The notes beneath the pieces are model-generated. The model made no database searches, was not told the origin of the DNA, and worked only from the letters and a program-made list of their open reading frames with translations. Both the position numbers and the translations under genes were made by a program. Source: Microcoleus sp. (GTDB taxonomy: Bacteria; Cyanobacteriota; Cyanobacteriia; Cyanobacteriales; Microcoleaceae). Taken from it: a DNA stretch of 64,000 nt. This document shows positions 63,371-64,000 of the stretch, piece by piece. Each line of letters begins with the position of its first letter. Positions within the stretch are counted from its first letter, which is position 1. The DNA is taken from NCBI GenBank assembly GCA_052279835.1, contig CP181291.1, positions 4,224,001 through 4,288,000 on the forward strand. The letters are read 5' to 3'.

Positions 63371-64000
63371 TCAACCATTAAAATTCAACAGCCAAAACCC
63401 AGTGTAAGTCATCCCACTATCATCGGGTTGCACCAACAAAAAATGCAATCCTTTACTCAACTGCTTACGCTGTTCATAAATTTTAGCAGCCTGTTTCACC
63501 TCATCATCTGCAAAAGTAGCAACCACAAATCTATCTGCTAAGCCAGCTTCCAAAATCAACCCATCGGGAGCTCCAGCAATATAATTTAAACTGAAAGGAT
63601 TAGCATCCTGAAGCCACCTAGCCAAACGCATCGACTGTCGCCCGCCGTCAATTATCACTCCGGGTACAGGTACTGTTGAGGCCAAGCCCAAATTCAGCGG
63701 TAATAATGATGTTGGCATTTCCAAAATTGGCAGGGGACGCCCTGTAAAAGCCTCTACAATATCGCCGGCGGGTAGGGAAGCAAAACGCCAGCTATCGCCC
63801 CACAAGTTTTCTGGTAAAGGTAGGGGGGGCGGTGACTCAAGGGCGATCGCACTGTAGGTTTCGCCAGTATAATTAGGCATAGTCGAATATGCTTTAGCCC
63901 GTTCTTCTAGCAGCAATTTCAGGGCTGGGGTGCACCGAGTTGCTTCTACTTTGATGCCCAAAACTTTGCCCGCAGCTTCGATTAAACTGAGAGATTGAGG
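63371..64000 (-). CDS. Tab2/Atab2-family RNA-binding protein, partial (start outside window)
   Basis: PLPENLWGDSWRF, VPGVIIDGGRQSMRLARWL, GLILEAGL, GLHFLLVQPDDSGMTYTGFWLL. Confidence 0.85.
   Translation of the reverse strand, partial: PQSLSLIEAAGKVLGIKVEATRCTPALKLLLEERAKAYSTMPNYTGETYSAIALESPPPLPLPENLWGDSWRFASLPAGDIVEAFTGRPLPILEMPTSLLPLNLGLASTVPVPGVIIDGGRQSMRLARWLQDANPFSLNYIAGAPDGLILEAGLADRFVVATFADDEVKQAAKIYEQRKQLSKGLHFLLVQPDDSGMTYTGFWLLNFNG

Overview
This is a 64-kb window of a filamentous cyanobacterial chromosome, Oscillatoriales/Microcoleus-like by inference from dense HIP1 GCGATCGC sites, heptamer tandem repeats and apcABC. Most genes are housekeeping or signalling: acetate-CoA ligase/GNAT, apcABC, cytochrome c6-like, rplU-rpmA, thiS/thiE, Na+/H+ antiporter, 6S RNA, NDP-sugar pyrophosphorylase/mutase, lipB, hpf, PrxQ, pheT, mtnP, two Ser/Thr kinases, two His kinases and Tab2. 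There is also a dead IS701-like element, several IS200/IS605 (TnpB) elements or remnants, and many dispersed repeats. The standout is a 9.7-kb translationally coupled three-gene operon at 33322-43006 on the minus strand. Two ~1010-aa paralogs, whose C-terminal parts read like divergent, probably slicer-dead MID-PIWI (Argonaute-like) modules, flank a 1209-aa protein with a full SF2 helicase motif set and a putative N-terminal PD-(D/E)xK-like nuclease. It is a candidate undescribed guide-dependent defence system analogous to pPIWI-RE or DdmDE. The fold assignments are inferred from motifs read by eye, not from searches.
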